A stretch of 64,000 bases of DNA from Octopus vulgaris (lineage: Eukaryota). Below the pieces are notes generated by a model. It did not search any database. It was not told the origin of the DNA and saw only the letters and a program-made list of their open reading frames with translations. The translations under genes were made by a program, and so were the position numbers. Shown here piece after piece: positions 58,113-64,000 of this stretch; the stretch's first letter is position 1, and each line of letters begins with the position of its first letter. Where the stretch lies: positions 84,134,001-84,198,000 of the forward strand of contig OX597820.1 of assembly GCA_951406725.2 (NCBI GenBank), given 5' to 3'.

Positions 58113-58331
58113 TATAAGGGTTGCTGAAAGTTTCCTGGCCTTTGGTAAAGGAAAATACAGCAGGTTCGGTTAGTTAAGATTTTATTCAAAAGATCCTCCT
58201 CTCAGATTCAGAGACTTATTGCAGCAGTCTTTCAGCCTTTCTAAGCCCAGTAAAAGAACTCGAAACGTTGAAACTCAAGCCAGGCCTTTCTCGATACCCT
58301 GAAAGCCCGGAACTTTCAGCATCCTCTTGTA
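58113..58331. mobile_element. mariner-like MITE
   Basis: TIRs tataagggttgctgaaagtttcctggcct and reverse complement tacaagaggatgctgaaagttccgggctt; TA at both ends; ~220 bp, non-coding. Confidence 0.8.
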
Positions 58332-60759
58332 TATAAACTCGACAATATTCAAGTTTATCGATATATGCTTTCAATAATGTATTCTGGCAGTAATTATACA
58401 TATTAATGCTTGCAAACGTATATACACATATATTTCACTTTTCCACAAGTAGAGACATGTACAAACATAGTTCCGGGAAAATAGACATGATGGTTACAGC
58501 TGGTGTATTGGTGGCAATAAAGTTTGATCAGGATGGGTTGGTATGGGATATCAATAATAACGCACCATCAGTAAATCAACACTACATAAGCGATACTGAG
58601 CTTCATCATTTATAAGTAATATTGATGGACACATATCCAAGTACTCAATAACCAGATTGCCATTGCATTCAACGGCGAGTACATCCTGAGTTGCGAAGCG
58701 TACTTTAAAGCTTAATGCTGCAGATGCAGGAGAAAAAAATGAAGTGTTGTTGGGAACATGCAAAGTACCAACGTCTTGGCTGCTTGTCAATTCAATTCCC
58801 AGTCTGTCTAGTAGAGGGATTTCGCTCGAGATTTGTCGCAGGGTCCCGATAAATGGGACTCTAAGTCACAGTCAGTAACATAATTCAGTCTTAAACGAAG
58901 GGAGCAAAGGTCAATATAATGCAAGAAATAACTCTGAACGAAAGAAAAAAATTCTCAGTCTGTAAATGTTTATGACTAGGATACATTCATAAAGTAAATC
59001 AGCTTCACCAGTGATGACCTGGAGGTAAACACTACAATATATGAAGTCTGATCAGAAAGTATCGGTAAAGGAATCCGTTGCTATGGTGAGCTATTGCAGT
59101 TTTAATATACTCAAACTCTGCTGTAATTCTAAAAACACTTGACATTTCCTCTATTAATAATAATGTATTCCATAATTAATTTAGCAAGAATATACTATGC
59201 ATCTACCAACATAAATATATACTCAGCAGTTTCTATAATACTAATATATTCAACAGCTACTGACCTACCAATTTATGCAACATCTGCACCTGTATTGCCA
59301 ATCTGCTCAAAATCTACTCCAGTAGTATATCAAATATGGTTCCAATCTACCAAACAGCCACTGTCGTACCAGTCTACGCAGCATCAAGTCTCGAACAGAC
59401 AGTGGAACCGAAATTATATTAACAGGATCATTAATCTATAAACAATATTCTATTTCTCATTTTATTCTTAATATTATATTTCGTCTATTTTTCAAATTAT
59501 ATGCTTTTATTTCTTCTGTTTGATTAGTACGTTCTTCATTTAGGGTGGAGTTTTCTTTTGCTTTTTTCTATTTTACTTCGTTGATGGCTTCTTCAATCAA
59601 TTGATCGATATTTGCACTCTTATTGATTTATTGATCTGTGAGAAACGATCGAAATACATCGATTGATTGTTTACTCTGTCTGGCCCGTTTCTATTCATCT
59701 CTTTATTGGAAAAGATGAAGAAAAACATATTTTCTGTTTGTGTTTTCTCTTACCATTTCATTGATTGATCGAAGATATTAAAACACACAGACACGCTCAC
59801 ACACATACAAACAAACAAACAAACACACACGCGCGCATACTCAAACGTATGCACACACACTTATTCAGGCGTGCATATGCGTGTGTATTACCGGGTGTTT
59901 GCAGATGTGCGCACGGAGTGAGATGGCGCGTGCGCGCGAATGTGTACGCGCATGTTATCTGAACTCGTGTGAAAGATAGAAATAGTGAAAAAAAAAATAT
60001 ATATCGAAAGACATTTGCACTCAAATATTTTCTCAAGCCCATGTATGAGTGAGAAGGCTTCTACATCAATTGAATATTTCCAGATGACTGACGCGTCTTT
60101 TTTTGCTTCCAATCTAAATACATATATATAAACAAACATAAATTCATACAAACATACGTTTATAGCTTTATTTATCTATACACAATCACACACACACAGA
60201 TGCTCGCACACTCACACAAACACGTACACATACACAGACACACACACATATATATATATAATGATATATAACTATATACACAGACACAGATACACAGAAA
60301 CACCAGAAAACACACACAGGCATGCGAACGCAAAATAAAGCAACATATGCTCTAATTACAACTATACGCCTCATGCGCACATATAATCATAGATAATCTT
60401 TTGTACACATTAAATATTTACACACGACGTTGGTTTATAATACTATGTATGTGTATGTGTGAGTGTGCATGTATGCGTGTGTATGTATGTATGCATGCAT
60501 GCATGTATGTATGTGCTTATTTAAGCATGTCTATATCTGTGTGTCTGTGTATGTACATTATATAATACTGAATGTTCTATATACGAACCAGAAACTTTTC
60601 TGTGGAAGTTATAATTTTTATAGTCTCAAATGTTTTTTAAATGGTATATTTTTCGTTTTTTTTCTTATATATGTTTCAACCCAAAGGCTGCGGCAGTACT
60701 GGGGCTTCGCCAGTTTGTTGCAATACATATATTACAAAATGTTTGGTTAAGCATTGCTA

Positions 60760-60979
60760 TAAATCTGAGCTTCAATCAATTGGCTTCTGATTAAAGTATA
60801 AAATTCAAATATGGCATATATGGTTCCGTGTGTTTGGCATTACATTAATCAAGTAAGCCGTTCCACCTCTAACAGGCAGCACAGTAACATCGGCTCAGTT
60901 CTTTCATATGTCTTTTGGAGAATTTGCTAGGGGATTGCTATCAGGAAGCTCTTTCAGCGTATGAGTATTTTTAGTTACG

Positions 60980-61051
<72 letters not shown>

Positions 61052-61238
61052 GAGGGAGATAAATTGAATATTAATTTAATTATTTTCAATTTAAAACCAG
61101 TAGCCTAGCATACAAAAATCTGAAAAATCAGAGAAAATTCTAATACATGTGTATATTTAAAGAGATAAAATACCACTATGTGGTCAGCCGTATGCTAGAA
61201 GGTGATCTACTTCTAGCATACGGCTTTTAGCCCTTTAA

Positions 61239-61300
<62 letters not shown>

Positions 61301-62195
61301 CTGGGAAGAGTTATTTTCTTTCTATGGGGCTCATTTCTCTGATTCAGGTCTGTAACACCCCAAACCATGATACTTTGGTCACCCTACTCTATGACACATG
61401 CGTCTCTGTGGCATTCACTCCTCGTACGCCACTCCCTCACTTTGCCATCCGAGGTGGCAACGCAGTACGGATTTCGTCAGAGATGACTGCCGACCTGCAT
61501 TGTTGATGCCGCTAGTGTCGAGTGCTGTGTGGCCCACTTTAGTCGTGCCTACGGTAGCGGGGGTGAGGACAGGTTCTCGAGCAGTACGACGGAAATACAG
61601 GGTTTTGGCGGCCAGTCGACGTCGTACTATGTAATCGCTGATGGGCCGCTGTCCAGTGCCAATGTTCTCGTGAGTTATCACACTGGCTGGTCTGAAGCGA
61701 TCACAGAGTTAATTGCAGGTGGATGAAGCGGTCCTGCCTGAGAGTGGTCACGCGGGCGTGCCTTCTGGGGGCACGATCTTCAGTGCTGGTGATGTTGTTG
61801 CATCGCAGTTGCAGGCGATAGATGGTGCTGACATGGACATTGTAAGCTTTCGCAAAAACTAGAATAAACTGCCCTGCTTGCAATCGGCCGATATATTGTA
61901 CTCTCTGCGCTGCTAATAATCGGGACATACGCGATGTGTCCAATTTACAAATCTGTCCTCTATTAACCAATAAGGTGGAAAAACAGATTGGACACTACGA
62001 GAACAGACAAGCCATCACAAACTAATGGGTGGGGGAAAAGGAATGATAAATGCATTCATGATACAAGATGAAAATGCGAAATGATGACTATTGGAACCTC
62101 ACAACACACGCAACATCATTGAACCCAGTACAATCCATTAACATACATGCACAATTATATGCTTAAAAAGTTTGCAAATTGACTTTCTTTTTCTT
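60760..62195 (-). mobile_element. Tc1-like transposon relic, interrupted at ~60983-61296
   Basis: N-terminal HTH MSRLLAAQRVQYIGRLQAG..AKAYNVHVSTIYRL..RVTTLRQDRFI, then RPISDYIVRRRL...PVLT, VISDE, GKVREWR and SIMVWG (61340-61930). C-terminal TLKEL..AIP..RC/TVLPVRGGTAY at about 60850-60965. The central catalytic segment is missing. Confidence 0.82.
61049..61246. other. (TA)n-flanked insert ending in a branched inverted repeat
   Basis: Perfect 16-bp stem 61186-61201/61210-61225 plus an imperfect outer stem 61147-61170/61226-61246. Confidence 0.8.
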
Positions 62196-62576
62196 TATTT
62201 TTATATTTCTATCCTTTCATTTTTTCTTTCCTCCTCTCGTTTTCATTCCTTTTGTTTGTTTTTTTTTTAAATCAGTTACTCTACAATAACAAGTTTGTCT
62301 AATTCCCTTTGGTCTACTGCTGGAGGAAGCGAATCAATTACCAACTCCTCTCACAAGGGACCAGCGTCTGATACAAATGTCCTTTCCAATTCACGGTGGC
62401 TTTTCCTGTCAATGAGCACACATCTCATATTAAGGGAAACAACCCCGCCCGGCATTTTAATCTTTATAATTGACTGTAATTCTTCTATTTTGTACGTTAG
62501 TGCTGCTTTCCTTACCTCGTATAAAAATACAAAAGCGGTTTTGGCAGCACCTGCCTTCCACCCTTACTCTCAGTTT

Positions 62577-62790
62577 CTACTCGCCTACTACTATGGTGTA
62601 TACGATGGCGTCCAGGTCTCTGGGGCAGCCTGGTTGACCATTTCCAGTGCGTGCCACAGCTAGTTCCGCGCTGGCACTCTCGTGGCCTGGAGAAATGTCG
62701 CCTCTTCCTACAAGCCCAACACTATCACCGCCACTAGCCAAGCAAAATCCACCTCCGGTGATATTCAAGAAACGGGAGAGAAAAAAGTAG
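62577..62790. other. GC-rich exon-like island, product unknown
   Basis: Plus model: tttccAG / 62648-62790 encodes RATASSALALSWPGEMSPLPTSPTLSPPLAKQNPPPVIFKKRERKK*. Minus model: ctctttacAG / 62790 is open to the stop at 62577. Confidence 0.3.
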
Positions 62791-63470
62791 CTGTAAAGAG
62801 CATTAGAAATTTGTATGTGTGTATATATGTGGGTGTTTATTTTCATATATATGTATGTACATAGAGATATATAGAACCACATACACATATGTATTTATTC
62901 GAGTGCATAATGACTGCTAAGTGACTAAATGGCTGAATTTTATTGAGCCTTGCACGAAATACTCTTGGCTCTCGAAGCACCTTGTAAATTCCACTGATTT
63001 ACACATGCTCATGTTTATGCTATTCGTAGAAACGTATTTACACTTATATGTAGATATACATACACGCTCGCGCGCGTGAACGCTCACACAGTCGCATACG
63101 CAAACACACTACATATGTGTGTGTGTCTATGTATGCTTTTGTATGCGCGTTTTATTAGTGTATATTTATTAAATAATTAGTGAGACTACAGCGTGTTAAG
63201 CTCTACTGAGTATTGGTGAAGATAATATTCTATTGTATTGCTCTCTCTCGTTGTATAGTGCACAAAAATCATTAATACCGAAAAACGGACAACGGTGCTA
63301 TTTAAACTTCGAATTTACTAGAACATAATTAATACTAATGTCATTATACTCAACCAAACATCTTCGAAACCCTGCTCTAAGTACCAGTCCTGGAAATGCT
63401 ATTATCACTGTACCTTACACATATTAGTGTAGATTACCAACGATTAGCGATATCTTGGACTACTTATATC

Positions 63471-63538
<68 letters not shown>

Positions 63539-63865
63539 TTGCATACATCATTATGAAGACTCAAAAAGATCACCAGTGTGGAATCACCATTTCAAATTTG
63601 GGTCTTTTTTTCACTTCCAATATTATTACTATTAAAGATGTTAATGGAATTGGCAAAAACGGATGTGTGTCAGTGTTCACTGACAAATGCCGGACTAAAA
63701 TTCTATAGTCATTTTATTTTGTGTTCGTTTGTTTATTAACGTTCATAATTACATGAGAATCGTTAAATAAGTAACAATAATCAAGTAGCGAAAATTCCTC
63801 GATCTCGCTCCCACTAGACTAGTTTTTATTCTGTGGAAAATTTAGAAATCAGTTTTGTAGCTTTC

Positions 63866-63990
63866 CAGTCGGTGAATTGGTAGAGATATCGATGTACAGT
63901 TTACAATGCCTTCTGGCAATTTGTACGAATATCAGTAAGATGAACTTTTGTTTTCATCTTCACGCAAAAGTTAAATATAGTACCGATCAA
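63866..63990 (+). mobile_element. Degenerate SINE B
   Basis: cggtgaattggtagaga...aatgccttctggcaattt...aacttttgttttcatc...agtacc follows the SINE B layout with a deletion. Confidence 0.45.
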
Positions 63991-64000
63991 GAACTAAGTG

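Overview
AT-rich, microsatellite-dense eukaryotic (animal) non-coding DNA. The tRNA-headed SINE families resemble those I recall from Octopus/cephalopod genomes; this is recall, not a database match. No intact host gene is recognisable, and almost every ORF in the track is a translation of a simple repeat. The window is mostly transposable-element relics: three R4/Dong-type REL-endonuclease LINE relics (the best preserved, 51080-53360 on the minus strand, sits inside a (TTA)n tract that is the tail of a SINE), Penelope-like (RT + GIY-YIG) relics, L1/Tx1-like 3' fragments, Tc1 transposase relics, a Gypsy pol scrap, mariner/hAT/pogo-type MITEs or termini, and many copies of at least three SINE families. 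The most noteworthy structures are the SINE-tail/Dong microsatellite relationship, a head-to-tail stack of SINE relics at 7.7-8.9 kb, a (TA)n-bounded partial tandem with degenerate hammerhead-like motifs at 14.3-15.3 kb, a branched foldback nested in a Tc1 relic at 61.1-61.2 kb, and two GC-rich exon-like islands (4.5 kb and 62.6-62.8 kb). I find no convincing evidence of a new multi-gene system.
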